From NCBI GenBank assembly GCA_965203265.1, contig CBDBBV010000002.1, forward strand, positions 1,554,773 to 1,618,772: a stretch of DNA of 64,000 nt, in the 5' to 3' direction. The notes beneath the pieces are model-generated. The model saw only the letters and a list, made by a program, of their open reading frames with translations, searched no databases and was not told the origin of the DNA. Source of the DNA: Candidatus Poriferihabitaceae bacterium. GTDB taxonomy: Bacteria; Pseudomonadota; Gammaproteobacteria; Arenicellales; Poriferihabitantaceae. A program made the position numbers and the translations under genes. Shown here piece after piece: positions 29,714 to 41,016 of the stretch (positions are counted from its first letter, which is position 1; every line of letters begins with the position of its first letter).

Positions 29714-31924
29714 ATGCCCGCTGAGCGCGATCGCGTCGTTCAGGTCGCCGTGCCGGTTCCGCTACGGCGTCTGTTCGACTACCGCTGGGAGGCGGAACCG
29801 CTCCCTGCGGGCAGCCGGGTACGGGTGCCGTTCGGCGCCGGTGCGCGCGCTCGCACGACGGTCGGCATGGTGGTTTCCAACCATCCGGCGCAAGGCGGCC
29901 ACCGGCTGAAACACATCGCCGAGGCGCTGGACGCGGACAACCTGTTCGGCCAACGCCTGTTCGACTTGCTGATCTGGGCTGCGCGCTATTACCACCACCC
30001 CCCCGGCGAAGTCCTGCAAACCGCCCTGCCAGTCGCATTGCGCGGCGGCAAGGCGCTGGCCGACCCGACTCTGGGCAGATTCCTGCGTGCCGTCGATGCG
30101 GATCACGGCGCGGATTCGTTCAGCTGGGCGCCTGTGCAGCGCGAGATTTACCACTATCTCCTCGGCGCCGGCTGGGTTCATTGGGACACCGTGCGAAAAC
30201 AGTTTCCCAACGGCGCGATCCCGCTAAAACGGCTACAGGAAAAGGGCCTGATCGAAATCGCCCTGCGCTCCGCGCCCGAGGCCACATCCGCCCCCGCCTC
30301 CGCCGACATCGAACTGAGCGCCGAGCAGCAACGCGCGGTGGACGCGATTACCGGATGCACCGGCCGTTTCGCCTCATTCCTGCTGCACGGCGTAACCGGC
30401 AGCGGCAAAACCGAGGTGTATCTCGAGGCGGCGCAACACTGCATCGCCGCCGGTGCCCAAGTACTCATACTGGTGCCGGAAATCGCGCTCACGCCGCAGC
30501 TGGTGTTGCGAGTGCGGGAGCGGCTGGGCGACGGGGTATGCGTGCTGCACTCGGCGCTGTCCGATGAAAAACGCTACCGAGCTTGGTGGCTGGCGCGGGA
30601 AGGGCGCGTCGCCGCCGTGCTCGGCACCAGATCGGCGGTGTTCACGCCGCTCAAATCTCCGGGCCTGATTCTGGTGGACGAGGAGCACGATATTTCCTAC
30701 AAGCAGCAGGATGGTTTCCGCTACCACGCGCGCGATTTGGCGATCAAGCGCGCCAGTTTGGAGAACATTCCGGTGGTGCTGGGCTCGGCGACGCCCTCCA
30801 TGGAAACCCGCCACAACGCCAGCCGAGGCCGCCATCGGCTACTGGTTCTCGGTAAGCGCATCGGCACCGCCACGTTGCCGCGCATCGACTTCATCGACCT
30901 CAAAAAGCACCGCCCATTCGACGGCCTGTCCACGCCCCTGCTGCAAGCCATCAAACAGCGGCTGGCCAAGCGCGAGCAGTCCATCGTCTTCCTCAACCGG
31001 CGCGGATTCGCCCCCATCGCCCAGTGCCATCAGTGCGGCTGGCAGGCGACCTGCGAGCGCTGCGACGCGCGCCTGACCTACCACCGCGACGGCGAGAGAT
31101 TCCGCTGCCACCATTGCGGCCACACGCGCGCGGCGGAAATGAAATGCGGTGCCTGCGGTGAGCGGCTGTTCCTCGCCGGCGCGGGCACCCAGCGGCTGGA
31201 ACGGCGCCTGCGCCAAGCGTTTCCCGAGGCGCGCATCAGCCGGCTCGACCGCGACAAGGTTGCCACCCAAGCGAAACTGGAACTCGAACTCGAAGCCATT
31301 CGCCGCGGCAACACGGACATCATCGTCGGCACCCAGCTGATCGCCAAGGGACACGATTTTTCCCGAGTAACGCTGGTGGGCGTGGTCAATTCGGATCAGG
31401 GGCTGTACAGCGTCGATTTCCGCGCCCCGGAATATCTCTTCCAGCAACTGACTCAGGTGTCGGGTCGCGCCGGGCGGGCGGACGCGCCGGGGGAGGTGCT
31501 GATTCAGACCGCGCATCCGCACAACCCCACCCTGCAGCACATCTGCCGACACGACTTCGAGAGATTCGCCCGCCGCTGTCTTGCGGAGCGGCGCGCGGCC
31601 GATTATCCGCCGTTCAGCCACATCGCCCTGTGGCGGGCGGAATCCACCAAAGAAGCCGCCGCTCTGGAATTTCTCCGCTACGCCGCCGCCGTGGGGAAGC
31701 GCCTGCTGGCGCGGGGGGCGTTTCACCGGGTGCAGATTCTGGATGCGGTGATCTCGCCCATGGAAAGACTGGCGGGCCGATACCGCGCCCAACTGATGGT
31801 GCGCAGCAGCCATCGCGGGCAACTGCATCAACTACTGGCCGAATGGATCGAATCCATGGAAACCGACGCGAAATCCCGGCGGGCGCGGTGGTCGGTGGAC
31901 ATCGATCCCATGGAGATGTTTTGA
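29714..31924 (+). CDS. priA: primosomal replication restart helicase PriA
   Basis: Walker A GVTGSGKTEVY, DEEH box, Cys-rich zinc region (CHQCGW...CERCDARL...CHHCGH...CGACG) and a C-terminal RWSVDIDP. The start is chosen at the internal ATG 29714. Confidence 0.9.
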   Translation: MPAERDRVVQVAVPVPLRRLFDYRWEAEPLPAGSRVRVPFGAGARARTTVGMVVSNHPAQGGHRLKHIAEALDADNLFGQRLFDLLIWAARYYHHPPGEVLQTALPVALRGGKALADPTLGRFLRAVDADHGADSFSWAPVQREIYHYLLGAGWVHWDTVRKQFPNGAIPLKRLQEKGLIEIALRSAPEATSAPASADIELSAEQQRAVDAITGCTGRFASFLLHGVTGSGKTEVYLEAAQHCIAAGAQVLILVPEIALTPQLVLRVRERLGDGVCVLHSALSDEKRYRAWWLAREGRVAAVLGTRSAVFTPLKSPGLILVDEEHDISYKQQDGFRYHARDLAIKRASLENIPVVLGSATPSMETRHNASRGRHRLLVLGKRIGTATLPRIDFIDLKKHRPFDGLSTPLLQAIKQRLAKREQSIVFLNRRGFAPIAQCHQCGWQATCERCDARLTYHRDGERFRCHHCGHTRAAEMKCGACGERLFLAGAGTQRLERRLRQAFPEARISRLDRDKVATQAKLELELEAIRRGNTDIIVGTQLIAKGHDFSRVTLVGVVNSDQGLYSVDFRAPEYLFQQLTQVSGRAGRADAPGEVLIQTAHPHNPTLQHICRHDFERFARRCLAERRAADYPPFSHIALWRAESTKEAAALEFLRYAAAVGKRLLARGAFHRVQILDAVISPMERLAGRYRAQLMVRSSHRGQLHQLLAEWIESMETDAKSRRARWSVDIDPMEMF

Positions 31925-33140
31925 CTAGGGAATTATATACTTGATTCCACAAGCATTTGCGGGCAAACCGGAGCAACCCCCAGCTTAGCGCCCAAAGGAG
32001 CATTCCCGCCCCTTTTCTTGATATTCACAGCGGCGTTCCGGTCTCTGTCCATCACCAACCCGCATTGCGGGCAGGAATGGATGCGAACCGCCAGCGACTT
32101 TTTCACGATCGCGCGGCAGTTGGAACACATCTGCGAAGTCTGTTTCGGGTCAACCTTTATCACTGCCAAGCCAGCACTTTCAGCCTTGCAAGTCAGCCGT
32201 TCGACAAAAGCCGCCCACCCTACATCCGAAACCTGCCGCGACAACATCCCACGCGCCAAGCCCTTCACATTCAAATCCTCGACAATCAGCGTCTTGCCCT
32301 GCTCCACCAGTTTTTTCGCCGCCTGCCAGTGGAAATTTGCTCGCTGATTCCGCGCCCGCAAGTGCAGTCGTTCTACCACTTTCCGTTGCCGCTCCCTGTT
32401 CCCGCTCCTTCGCTGCTTTCTCGAAAGCGACTTTTGCGCTACGCGAAGCCGTTTCAATTCCCGCTGCAAGAAGCGTGGGTTCGGTATCTGCCAGCCAGTG
32501 TCCGTTGTCAGGAAGTGCGTCAACCCCACATCGATTCCCATCGTGTCGGAAACCGGAATGCGAGCAACATCCGGCAATTCGAGCGTCAGCTGCAGTTTCC
32601 AACCTTTCGCGTCCCGCACCAATCGAGCGTATTTCTGCCTTGCTTCGGCCGGTAGTGGGCGGTGGAAGTAGACGCGCAGGCGGCCATTCATCCCCTTGAA
32701 TGAGAGAAATCGCCAATTTCCGTTGCCGATTTCTATCCGATAGACTTTCTCCAGATCAATGCTCCGCCAGCGATTTCTCCCCTTGAATCTTGGGAAACCA
32801 CAACCTTCCTTGAATCCCTTGAAAAACGCCTTGAACGCCCTGTCCAGCCGCGTCAGCGCGCCCCGTCCTATCTGTGCGGACTGCTCACGCCACCCTTCGT
32901 CAAATGAGCGTATCTCGGTCAAACTTTTGCATTGGTCGTAGTACGAAACCCCCCGCCCAGTCCGCTTGTAGCAATCGATTCGTTCCTGCAACGCCGCGTT
33001 GTACAACCCGCGCGTCATGCCGAGCAGGACAAGCAGGCGCTTTTCCTGACCCTTTTGCGGCAGCACTCGGTATTCGTAGGTTCTGATCATCGTTTTATTT
33101 TACCCTGTTTATCTTGGGTGGAATTAAGCATGTAATTCCC
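31925..33140 (-). mobile_element. IS200/IS605-family element carrying tnpB only (no tnpA)
   Basis: tnpB is bounded by two near-identical same-sense imperfect palindromes: GGAATTA-N6-TAATTCC at 33120-33139 and GGAATTA-N6-TGATTCC at 31929-31948. The element sits in the priA-pyrC intergenic space. Exact ends were not determined. Confidence 0.65.
31933..33090 (-). CDS. tnpB: RNA-guided endonuclease TnpB (IS605 OrfB family)
   Basis: RuvC-like D/E/D residues (GIDVGL, VEDLNVKG, DRDRNAAVNI) and a zinc finger (CSNCRA...CPQCG); 385 aa. Confidence 0.9.
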   Translation of the reverse strand: MIRTYEYRVLPQKGQEKRLLVLLGMTRGLYNAALQERIDCYKRTGRGVSYYDQCKSLTEIRSFDEGWREQSAQIGRGALTRLDRAFKAFFKGFKEGCGFPRFKGRNRWRSIDLEKVYRIEIGNGNWRFLSFKGMNGRLRVYFHRPLPAEARQKYARLVRDAKGWKLQLTLELPDVARIPVSDTMGIDVGLTHFLTTDTGWQIPNPRFLQRELKRLRVAQKSLSRKQRRSGNRERQRKVVERLHLRARNQRANFHWQAAKKLVEQGKTLIVEDLNVKGLARGMLSRQVSDVGWAAFVERLTCKAESAGLAVIKVDPKQTSQMCSNCRAIVKKSLAVRIHSCPQCGLVMDRDRNAAVNIKKRGGNAPLGAKLGVAPVCPQMLVESSI

Positions 33141-33164
33141 TTTGGCTAAACTATAATACGCATA

Positions 33165-34217
33165 ATGAAAGAAACACTGACCATCACTCGCCCCGACGAT
33201 TGGCATGTACATCTGCGTCAGGACGAACTGTTAGCCCACGTGGTCGCGCACACCGCCGAGAGATTTGCCCGCGCCATGGTCATGCCGAACCTGTCGCCGC
33301 CCGTGGTCAGCACCGCTCGGGCGCTCGACTATCGCGCCGAGATTATGGCAGCCGCGCCGGTGGAAGCCGGATTCAACCCGCTGTTGTCTCTCTACTTGAC
33401 CGACAACACTCCCCCCCGCGAGGTGCGCGAGGCGGCGGCGCAGCCGGCCATCGTCGGCTTCAAACTCTATCCGGCCGGCGCCACCACCAACTCGGATTCC
33501 GGAGTGACCAGAATCAGCCGCATCATGCCGGTGCTGGAGGCCATGGCGGAATGGGGCTTGGTGCTGCAGGTGCATGGGGAAGTAACCGATCCGCAGGTGG
33601 ATGTGTTCGACCGCGAGGCGGTGTTCATCGAGCAGGTGCTCATCCCCCTGCAGCGGGAGCTGCCGAACCTGAAAATCATCCTTGAGCATGTAACCACCGA
33701 ACAGGGCGTGCAGTTCGTCAAGCAGGCCGGGGGCAATGTGGCGGCGACCATAACGCCGCACCACCTACTGTTCAATCGCAACGAGATTTTTCGCGGCGGG
33801 ATTCGCCCGCACGCCCATTGTCTGCCGGTGCTCAAGCGCGAACGGCATCGGCTGGCGCTGCTCGAGGCCGCCACTTGCGGCGATCCATCGTTCTTCCTCG
33901 GCACCGACAGCGCCCCCCATACCCGAAACGCCAAGGAAAGCGCGTGCGGCTGCGCCGGCATCTATTCCGCCCACGGCGCCATGGAACTGTATGCCGAGGT
34001 GTTCGAGGGGATGGGCGCGCTCGACAAACTCGAAGGGTTTGCCAGCCATTACGGCGCCGATTTCTACGGCCTTGCGCGCAATTCGGGGAAATTGACTCTG
34101 GAGAAAAATGCTTGGCGGGTGGCGCCCGCCTATCCGGCCGGGGGCGGCGATGAAATCGTTCCCCTGCGCGCCGGAGAGACGATCCCCTGGTCGATAGCGG
34201 CAGTCGATTACCGATAG
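33165..34217 (+). CDS. pyrC: dihydroorotase (class II, homodimeric type)
   Basis: [29 protein letters not shown] and GTDSAPH motifs. Confidence 0.9.
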   Translation: MKETLTITRPDDWHVHLRQDELLAHVVAHTAERFARAMVMPNLSPPVVSTARALDYRAEIMAAAPVEAGFNPLLSLYLTDNTPPREVREAAAQPAIVGFKLYPAGATTNSDSGVTRISRIMPVLEAMAEWGLVLQVHGEVTDPQVDVFDREAVFIEQVLIPLQRELPNLKIILEHVTTEQGVQFVKQAGGNVAATITPHHLLFNRNEIFRGGIRPHAHCLPVLKRERHRLALLEAATCGDPSFFLGTDSAPHTRNAKESACGCAGIYSAHGAMELYAEVFEGMGALDKLEGFASHYGADFYGLARNSGKLTLEKNAWRVAPAYPAGGGDEIVPLRAGETIPWSIAAVDYR

Positions 34218-36196
34218 CCCGACTGATAGGCGGCGTTCGGGTTCTCGAGGGTCTGCCGATCGATGGCCACATCCGCGTTTTGCCGTATGGTCTGGCGCAA
34301 CTGCCGGTACAAACCGTCGCCGTCGCGCGCCAGCAGCTGTTGCCGCAAGGCGGAACGTTCGGCCTCGTCAACGCTTTCCACATCCCCCGGTATCACAGAT
34401 TCGAGGGCGTACACCGCGTAGTCGCCATTGCTCAGAGAAACGCCGCCGTACACGGTCGCGCCGTCCGCCGGAGCGGCTTGAGCGAAAACCGCTTCACCCA
34501 GTTCCGCCAGTTCCGCCGGCACTTCATCGCGCGTTTCGGCGAGGGGTTGGGACTCGAGTTGCCGAGCGGCCAGCAGCCCGGCCCAATCGCCCTGCTCTCC
34601 CTGCTCTCCCTGCTCTCCCTGCTCTCCCTGCTCGGCATTCAAGTCGGCCACCAGCTGCTCGCCCAACTGCCGCGCCCGCTGGCTTGACTGTTGCAGTTTC
34701 AGGTTTTGCTCGATGGCGTCGCGGACGCTCTCGAACGGTTGCGGACGGGCTTCCTCATAGTCGGCCTTGTGGACCGCCACCAGATGGTCGAAGCCGAGTT
34801 CGATGGCGGCGCTGTTCAAGTCCTCCTCGAGCACATCCTCGCTGAACGCCGCGCGCCGCACCGCGGCTTCGTCGGCCACCCCCTCGCCGGCGTCTGCGGT
34901 AAACCAGTCGGTCTGCTTGATTTCCAGCCCGAGATCATCGGCGGCGACGGCGAGGCTGTCGGGGTTCTCGAATACCCGATTCTCGAATGTCTCGCCCAGT
35001 TCGGAGAACAGATTTTCGGCGTGGGCGCGCCGCACCGCCTCGGCGACTTCCTCGCGTACCTCATCCAGCGGCTGTTGCTGCTCCTCGCGCAATTCCGTCA
35101 ACTTGATGATGTGGTAGCCGAAACGGGTTTCGATGGGGCCGCGAATTTCGTCCTCGACCATGTCGAATACCGCTTCCTCGAAGGGCGCGACCATCTGCCC
35201 GCGAGTGACCACGCCGAGGTCTCCGCCGTTCTCCTTGGAGCCCGGATCGTCGGAATGGCGCTGCGCCAGATCGGCGAAATCCGCGTCCTCGACGCGAGAT
35301 TCGGCCAGCACCGTTTCCGCCTCGGCCCGCACTTCATCACGCTCGGCTTGTTCGGCGTCGGCGTCGACGGCGAACAGGATATGGCTTGCCCGGCGGGTTT
35401 CCGCCTGTTTGTAGCGCTCGCGGTTTTGCCTATAGGAATCCTGAATTTCAGATTCCGACGGCTCGACGCCGCGCGCCAGATCGTCCACGGCGAGCTCGAT
35501 GTAGTCCACCTTGATGCGAGCCGGCGACTGATAGCGAGACAGGTTGTCCTGATAATACTGCTCCACGGCGGCGTCATCGATGTCGATTTCCGCATCGAAA
35601 CGACTGGTCGGCACGATCACATAGTCGGTCGTGCGCGTTTGCGCTTGCAGTTGCAACAGCCGCTCCACCTCCCATTCGCTCACGAATGCCGAGTCGGTTA
35701 CCGCCGAGGACAGCAGTTCGATGACGGCGATTTGCCGCTCGGCGGTCTCATATGCCTGCGGCGTGAAACCGTTGCGCCGCAACAGATCCCGGTACAGCTC
35801 GGCATCGAATTGCCCGTCGCGGAAAAATATCTCGGTGGATTGGATGCGCTGGCGTAGCCGTTCATCGGACAGATGGTAATCGCGCTCGCGCACATACTGG
35901 CCCATGAGGCGGCTCGCGATCATCGATTCGACCACCCGATTGCGCATTTCGGCGCTCTCCAGTAGCGACGAATCGATGGCGCCGTCCGATTGCTGCAGTA
36001 GCGCCTGACGCTGCCGAGACAGCTCGTTCTGATAGGCGTACAGCGGGATTTTTTCGCCGTTGACCGTAGCCACGGGGATGTCGGCGGGATTGCCGAAATA
36101 GGACTGGATTCCCCACAGCGCGAACGGGATGGAGATGAGGATGACGACCACCCAGGCCAGTCCGCCGGTTGCCTGTTCGCGGATTTTGGTCAGCAT
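34208..36196 (-). CDS. ppiD: periplasmic chaperone / peptidyl-prolyl isomerase PpiD (SurA N-terminal domain plus parvulin domain)
   Basis: N-terminal TM anchor [25 protein letters not shown] and a parvulin core ([30 protein letters not shown]...GYHIIKL). The conserved position is downstream of hupB and the tRNAs. Confidence 0.85.
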   Translation of the reverse strand: MLTKIREQATGGLAWVVVILISIPFALWGIQSYFGNPADIPVATVNGEKIPLYAYQNELSRQRQALLQQSDGAIDSSLLESAEMRNRVVESMIASRLMGQYVRERDYHLSDERLRQRIQSTEIFFRDGQFDAELYRDLLRRNGFTPQAYETAERQIAVIELLSSAVTDSAFVSEWEVERLLQLQAQTRTTDYVIVPTSRFDAEIDIDDAAVEQYYQDNLSRYQSPARIKVDYIELAVDDLARGVEPSESEIQDSYRQNRERYKQAETRRASHILFAVDADAEQAERDEVRAEAETVLAESRVEDADFADLAQRHSDDPGSKENGGDLGVVTRGQMVAPFEEAVFDMVEDEIRGPIETRFGYHIIKLTELREEQQQPLDEVREEVAEAVRRAHAENLFSELGETFENRVFENPDSLAVAADDLGLEIKQTDWFTADAGEGVADEAAVRRAAFSEDVLEEDLNSAAIELGFDHLVAVHKADYEEARPQPFESVRDAIEQNLKLQQSSQRARQLGEQLVADLNAEQGEQGEQGEQGEQGDWAGLLAARQLESQPLAETRDEVPAELAELGEAVFAQAAPADGATVYGGVSLSNGDYAVYALESVIPGDVESVDEAERSALRQQLLARDGDGLYRQLRQTIRQNADVAIDRQTLENPNAAYQSGYR
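34591..34633. repeat. in-frame 9-bp tandem repeat (CCTGCTCTC, 4.8 copies) inside ppiD, encoding (EQG)n
   Basis: Read directly. The protein shows [16 protein letters not shown]. Confidence 0.9.
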
Positions 36197-36273
36197 ATAA
36201 TTTTCACGGGGATGAATTTGAATTGCGAGGCGCTAGATTGTACCGCTCACGGGCACGGCTTGCTCGGAACAAC

Positions 36274-36301
36274 AAAAAAATGCGAGACGGGGGCGTCTCG
36301 C
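36274..36301 (-). terminator. rho-independent terminator after the tRNA-Val/tRNA-Asp unit
   Basis: The minus strand reads GCGAGACG-CCCC-CGTCTCGC followed by ATTTTTTTG. Confidence 0.6.
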
Positions 36302-36316
36302 AATGGTAATCGTCTG

Positions 36317-36393
36317 TGGCGGAGCGGACGGGGCTCGAACCCGCGACCCCCGGCGTGACAGGCCGGTATTCTAACCAACTGAACTACCGCTCC
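36317..36393 (-). tRNA. tRNA-Asp (GTC)
   Basis: The reverse complement GGAGCGGTAGTTCAGTTGGTTAGAATACCGGCCTGTCACGCCGGGGGTCGCGGGTTCGAGCCCCGTCCGCTCCGCCA is nearly identical to E. coli tRNA-Asp. Confidence 0.95.
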
Positions 36394-36401
36394 TGAGATG
36401 A

Positions 36402-36477
36402 TGGTGGGCGCTGCAGGGCTCGAACCTGCGACTTTCGCCTTGTAAGGGCGACGCTCTCCCAGCTGAGCTAAGCGCCC
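36402..36477 (-). tRNA. tRNA-Val (TAC)
   Basis: The reverse complement GGGCGCTTAGCTCAGCTGGGAGAGCGTCGCCCTTACAAGGCGAAAGTCGCAGGTTCGAGCCCTGCAGCGCCCACCA has the anticodon loop CTTACAA. Confidence 0.95.
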
Positions 36478-36514
36478 GGGAAAGACTCGCTTACCCGCTA
36501 CCCCATAAACCGGA

Positions 36515-36787
36515 TCAGTTTACGGCGTCCTTCAAGCCTTTGCCGGCCTTGAATTTGGGCACGCAGGTGGCCTTGATGTGAATGGTTTCGCCGGTGCGCG
36601 GATTGCGCCCAGCGCGCGCTGGACGGTCGCTGGTGGAAAATGTTCCGAATCCGATGAGTGAAACCGTGCTGCGATTGGATAGCGCCTCGGTAATGGATTC
36701 GAACACGGCATCTACAGCGCCGGCCGCATCGGTTTTGGTCAAATCTGTTCGGGATACCACCGCATCGATCAGTTCAGCTTTGTTCAT
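36515..36787 (-). CDS. hupB: DNA-binding protein HU
   Basis: MNKAELIDAVVSRTDLTKTDAAGAVDAVFESITEAL...GFGTFSTSDRPARAGRNPRTGETI, 90 aa. It uses an internal start in ORF 36515..36925. Confidence 0.9.
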   Translation of the reverse strand: MNKAELIDAVVSRTDLTKTDAAGAVDAVFESITEALSNRSTVSLIGFGTFSTSDRPARAGRNPRTGETIHIKATCVPKFKAGKGLKDAVN

Positions 36788-37123
36788 GATACTGTTTCCT
36801 CTCTGTTGGGTTGAAATAAACGAAATCGATTCATGCTCACCGAGCGGGCTGTCACCCTGACAGTACCTGAAACGCTCGACGGTTCTGTATCGCCTTCGCC
36901 AATTACGCCGCTTTGCTACGGCCACCGAGACGGCACTTGTTCAGCGAGATACCCCCGCCTGCGCCGCTACGCCGAGCAATCATAATAAAACCCGCACGGC
37001 AAAAGCAATAACCGATTGCCGCGATTTTCGCCAATTACCCAGAAATTTTGCCGACGGCGGCGGATGAAATCCGCGCGGACAATGGGTTCGGGAGAAATTT
37101 CGCGCAACTGCCCGCGCGAAACC

Positions 37124-37141
37124 GCGCACGAAAACGTGCGC
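37124..37141 (-). terminator. possible lon terminator hairpin
   Basis: GCGCACG-TTTT-CGTGCGC on the minus strand lies about 30 nt after the lon stop. The trailing T-run is weak. Confidence 0.3.
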
Positions 37142-37169
37142 AAAATAGTAGCCGACGGCGGTGCCTACC

Positions 37170-39590
37170 CTAGTGGGCGATTACATTGGCGCCGCTTTCT
37201 GCCTTCTTCCTGCGCCGGGGTTTTGCCGCCGCCTTGCTGGATTTGGCGTTGGCGCTAGGTGTTTTCTCCAGAGCCAATTCGAGCACCTCGTCGATCCACT
37301 TCACCGGCTTTATCTGCAATTCGCGGCGAATTTTTTCCGGAATCTCCCGCAATTCGCGGGAATTTTCAAATGGGATCAGCGCCGTTTTCAGGCCGGCGCG
37401 ATGCGCCGCGAGCAATTTTTCCTTGAGGCCGCCGATGGGCAGCACCTCGCCGCGCAGGGTGATTTCTCCGGTCATGGCAACATTCGACCACGCCGGAATG
37501 CCGGTCAGGGCGGAGATGATGGCGACGCACATGCCGATGCCGGCGCTGGGGCCGTCCTTGGGCGTCGCCCCTTCGGGAACATGGATGTGGATATCCCGAT
37601 TCTGGTGGAACTGGGCGTCGATGCCCCACTGCACGCTGCGGCTGCGCACCACGCTGATGGCCGCGGTGATGGATTCCTGCATGACATTGCCGAGTTTGCC
37701 GGTGTACAGGTGCTTGCCCTTGCCCGGCATGACCACGGCCTCTATGGTCAGCAACTCGCCGCCCACCTCGGTCCACGCCAGCCCGGTTACCTGACCGACC
37801 TTGTTCTCCTGCTCGATGCCGTTGCGGCGGTATCGCTTGACGCCGAGGTATCTTTCCAGACTGGCCTGCGTGATGTTGGCTCGCTTCTTGCGCTTGTTGA
37901 GGAGGAATTCCTTCACCACCTTGCGGAAGATTTTCGCGATCTCCCGCTCCAGACTGCGCACTCCGGCCTCGCGCGTCCAAGACGCGATGATCTCGCGGAT
38001 GGCTTGGCTGCTGATGCGAACCTCGGTTTTCTTCAGGCCGTTGTTGGCGCGCTGTTTCGGCAGCAGATAGCGGTTGGCGATCTCGCATTTTTCCTCCTCG
38101 GTATAGCCGGAAATGCGGATGACCTCCATGCGGTCGAGCAGTGGACTAGGTATGTTGAGGGTGTTGGCCGTGGCGATGAACATGACATCGGACAGGTCAT
38201 AATCGACCTCCAGATAGTGATCGCCGAATGTATGGTTCTGCTCCGGATCGAGCACCTCCAGCAGCGCCGAGGACGGGTCGCCGCGAAAATCCATGGACAT
38301 CTTGTCCACTTCGTCGAGCATGAAGAGCGGGTTGCGCGTCTTGCCCTTGGCCAGATTCTGGATGATCTTGCCCGGCATCGAGCCGATATAGGTGCGCCGA
38401 TGCCCGCGAATTTCCGCCTCGTCGCGCACGCCGCCGAGCGGCATTCGCAGGAATTTGCGGTTGGTGGCGCGCGCGATGGACTGCCCCAGAGAGGTCTTGC
38501 CCACGCCGGGCGGGCCCACCAGACAGAGGATCGCCGCCTTCGACTTCCGCACCCGCTGCTGCACCGCCAGATATTCGAGAATCCGCTCCTTGACCTTTTC
38601 CAGCCCGTAGTGATCCTCATCCAGTATCTTCTGCGCCTTCACCAAGTTCTTGGAGATGCGACTGCGCTGTTTCCACGGCGCCGCCAGCAGCCAGTCGATG
38701 TAATTGCGCACCACGGTCGCTTCCGCCGACATGGGCGACATCATCTTCAATTTTTTCAGCTCGCCCTCGGCTTTCCCCCGCGCCTCGTCCGACATGCCGG
38801 AATCGGCAATTCTGGCGGTAAGTTCGTCGATCTCGTTGGGAATATCGTCCATCTCTCCCAATTCCTTCTGGATCGCCTTCATCTGCTCGTTCAGGTAGTA
38901 CTCCCGCTGGCTCTTTTCCATCTGCTTCTTGACGCGGCTGCGAATGCGCTTTTCCACCTGCAGCAGGTCGATCTCCGATTCCATGACGCCGAGAATGTGC
39001 TCCAAGCGCGCCGTGGCGTCGATCAGTTCGAGAATTTTCTGCTTGGCATCGTTCTTCAGGTTGAGGTGGGCGGCGATGGCGTCGCCGATGCGGCCGGGCT
39101 TGTCGATGCCGGCGAGGGAGGTGAGAATCTCCGGCGGTATCTTGGGATTCAGTTTGACATATTTCTCGAATTCGGCGGCCACGGCGCGCATCAGCACGTC
39201 CGATTCCCGCGTGGAAATATGCACATCGTCGACCACTTCCGCCTCGCAGGTGAAGCCCTCCTCCTCGTCCTGCGGGCTGTGAGTGAATCGGGCGATGAGC
39301 GCCCGCCGCTTGCCCTCCACCAGCACCTTGACGGTGCCGTCCGGCATCTTCAGCAGCTGCAGGATGGAGGCGACGGTGCCCACCCGGTAGATATCGTCCG
39401 GCGTGGGCGAATCCTGCAGCGCGTCCTTCTGCGCCACCAGCAGGATGTTGCGTCCGCTCGTCATGGCCATATCCAGCGCCTTGATCGAGCGCGTCCGCCC
39501 GACGAACAGCGGGATCACCATATGGGGGAAAACCACCACATCGCGCAACGGCAATACCGGCAGGTCGGTTTCGATCAGGGGGTCGGACAT
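37170..39590 (-). CDS. lon: ATP-dependent protease Lon
   Basis: 806 aa with Walker [10 protein letters not shown], the proteolytic site PKDGPSAG and a LON N-domain. Confidence 0.97.
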   Translation of the reverse strand: MSDPLIETDLPVLPLRDVVVFPHMVIPLFVGRTRSIKALDMAMTSGRNILLVAQKDALQDSPTPDDIYRVGTVASILQLLKMPDGTVKVLVEGKRRALIARFTHSPQDEEEGFTCEAEVVDDVHISTRESDVLMRAVAAEFEKYVKLNPKIPPEILTSLAGIDKPGRIGDAIAAHLNLKNDAKQKILELIDATARLEHILGVMESEIDLLQVEKRIRSRVKKQMEKSQREYYLNEQMKAIQKELGEMDDIPNEIDELTARIADSGMSDEARGKAEGELKKLKMMSPMSAEATVVRNYIDWLLAAPWKQRSRISKNLVKAQKILDEDHYGLEKVKERILEYLAVQQRVRKSKAAILCLVGPPGVGKTSLGQSIARATNRKFLRMPLGGVRDEAEIRGHRRTYIGSMPGKIIQNLAKGKTRNPLFMLDEVDKMSMDFRGDPSSALLEVLDPEQNHTFGDHYLEVDYDLSDVMFIATANTLNIPSPLLDRMEVIRISGYTEEEKCEIANRYLLPKQRANNGLKKTEVRISSQAIREIIASWTREAGVRSLEREIAKIFRKVVKEFLLNKRKKRANITQASLERYLGVKRYRRNGIEQENKVGQVTGLAWTEVGGELLTIEAVVMPGKGKHLYTGKLGNVMQESITAAISVVRSRSVQWGIDAQFHQNRDIHIHVPEGATPKDGPSAGIGMCVAIISALTGIPAWSNVAMTGEITLRGEVLPIGGLKEKLLAAHRAGLKTALIPFENSRELREIPEKIRRELQIKPVKWIDEVLELALEKTPSANAKSSKAAAKPRRRKKAESGANVIAH

Positions 39591-39644
39591 GGGCGGAAGT
39601 TCAGAGGATGAGACTGGGCAGTCGGCCGCTCGGCCGGATGAGCG

Positions 39645-40934
39645 TCAGGAGGAAGCTCCGGCGGTCAATTTCGCCTTGGCTTCCTGATAGACATACAAGG
39701 GTCGCGAGCCCTCGACGATGACCGACTCGTCGACGATCACCTTCTTGATTCCCGCGATGGACGGCAGTTCGTACATGGTTTCCAGCAGGGCATTTTCGAG
39801 AATCGAGCGCAGGCCGCGCGCGCCGGCCTTTCGTTCCATCGCCTTTTTGGCGATCTGGCGCAGCGCTTCGGGGCGGAATTCCAGTTCGACCCCCTCCAGT
39901 TTGAACAATTTGGCGTATTGCTTGGTGAGGGCGTTGCGCGGCTCGGTGAGAATGCGAATGAGCGCCAACTCGTCCAACTCCTCCAGAGTCGCGACCACCG
40001 GCAGGCGGCCGATGAATTCGGGGATCAAGCCGTATTTGATCAGATCTTCGGGTTCCAGTTCCTGCAGCAGTTCGTTGGCGCGCTCACCGGCGGTTTTTTC
40101 CCGAATATCGGCGCCGAAGCCGATGCCGGATTTTTCCGTGCGCCCCTGAATGACCTTTTCCAGCCCGGCGAAGGCGCCGCCGCAGATGAACAGGATATTG
40201 CGCGTGTCCACCTGCAGAAATTCCTGCTGGGGATGCTTGCGCCCTCCCTGAGGCGGGATGGAGGCGACGGTGCCCTCGACCAGCTTCAACAGCGCCTGCT
40301 GCACCCCCTCGCCGGAAACGTCCCGAGTAATGGAGGGGTTGTCGGATTTCCGCGAAATCTTGTCGATCTCATCCACATAGACGATGCCCTGCTGGGCTTT
40401 TTCGATGTTGTAGTCGCAGGTTTGCAGCAGTTTCTGGATGATGTTCTCGACATCCTCGCCCACATAACCGGCCTCGGTCAGGGTGGTGGCGTCGGCGATG
40501 GTGAAGGGAACATCGAGCTGCTTCGCCAACGTTTCCGCCAACAGGGTCTTGCCCGAGCCGGTGGGGCCGATGAGCAGGATATTGCTCTTGGAAATATCCA
40601 CCTCGCCGACCGCCTGTTCGTTTTCGATGCGCTTGTAGTGGTTGTAAACCGCCACCGAGAGGGTCTTCTTGGCGACCTGTTGGCCGATGACATAATCCTC
40701 CAGGAAATTGTGAATTTCCGGCGGAGTGGGGAATCTCTTGGCGTCCCCCTGAGCATTCGCGCCGGCGCCGTTGCCGCCTTCATTGCGGATGATTTCGTTG
40801 CACAGCTCGACGCATTCGTCGCAGATGTACACGGACGGGCCGGCGATCAGCTTGCCCACATCGTGCTGACTCTTGCCGCAGAACGAGCAATACAGCAGTT
40901 TGTCTCCCAACTTTACGGGTGGATTTTCAGGCAT
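39645..40934 (-). CDS. clpX: ATP-dependent Clp protease ATP-binding subunit ClpX
   Basis: Zinc-binding CSFCGK...CDEC and Walker [12 protein letters not shown]. Confidence 0.97.
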   Translation of the reverse strand: MPENPPVKLGDKLLYCSFCGKSQHDVGKLIAGPSVYICDECVELCNEIIRNEGGNGAGANAQGDAKRFPTPPEIHNFLEDYVIGQQVAKKTLSVAVYNHYKRIENEQAVGEVDISKSNILLIGPTGSGKTLLAETLAKQLDVPFTIADATTLTEAGYVGEDVENIIQKLLQTCDYNIEKAQQGIVYVDEIDKISRKSDNPSITRDVSGEGVQQALLKLVEGTVASIPPQGGRKHPQQEFLQVDTRNILFICGGAFAGLEKVIQGRTEKSGIGFGADIREKTAGERANELLQELEPEDLIKYGLIPEFIGRLPVVATLEELDELALIRILTEPRNALTKQYAKLFKLEGVELEFRPEALRQIAKKAMERKAGARGLRSILENALLETMYELPSIAGIKKVIVDESVIVEGSRPLYVYQEAKAKLTAGASS

Positions 40935-41016
40935 CAGGGAAGTACATGATTGCGTAACATAACGCGAGATTGCAGGGTTTTCCGGCTTTTTTCAACCCCT
41001 TTTCATTACACGGATG

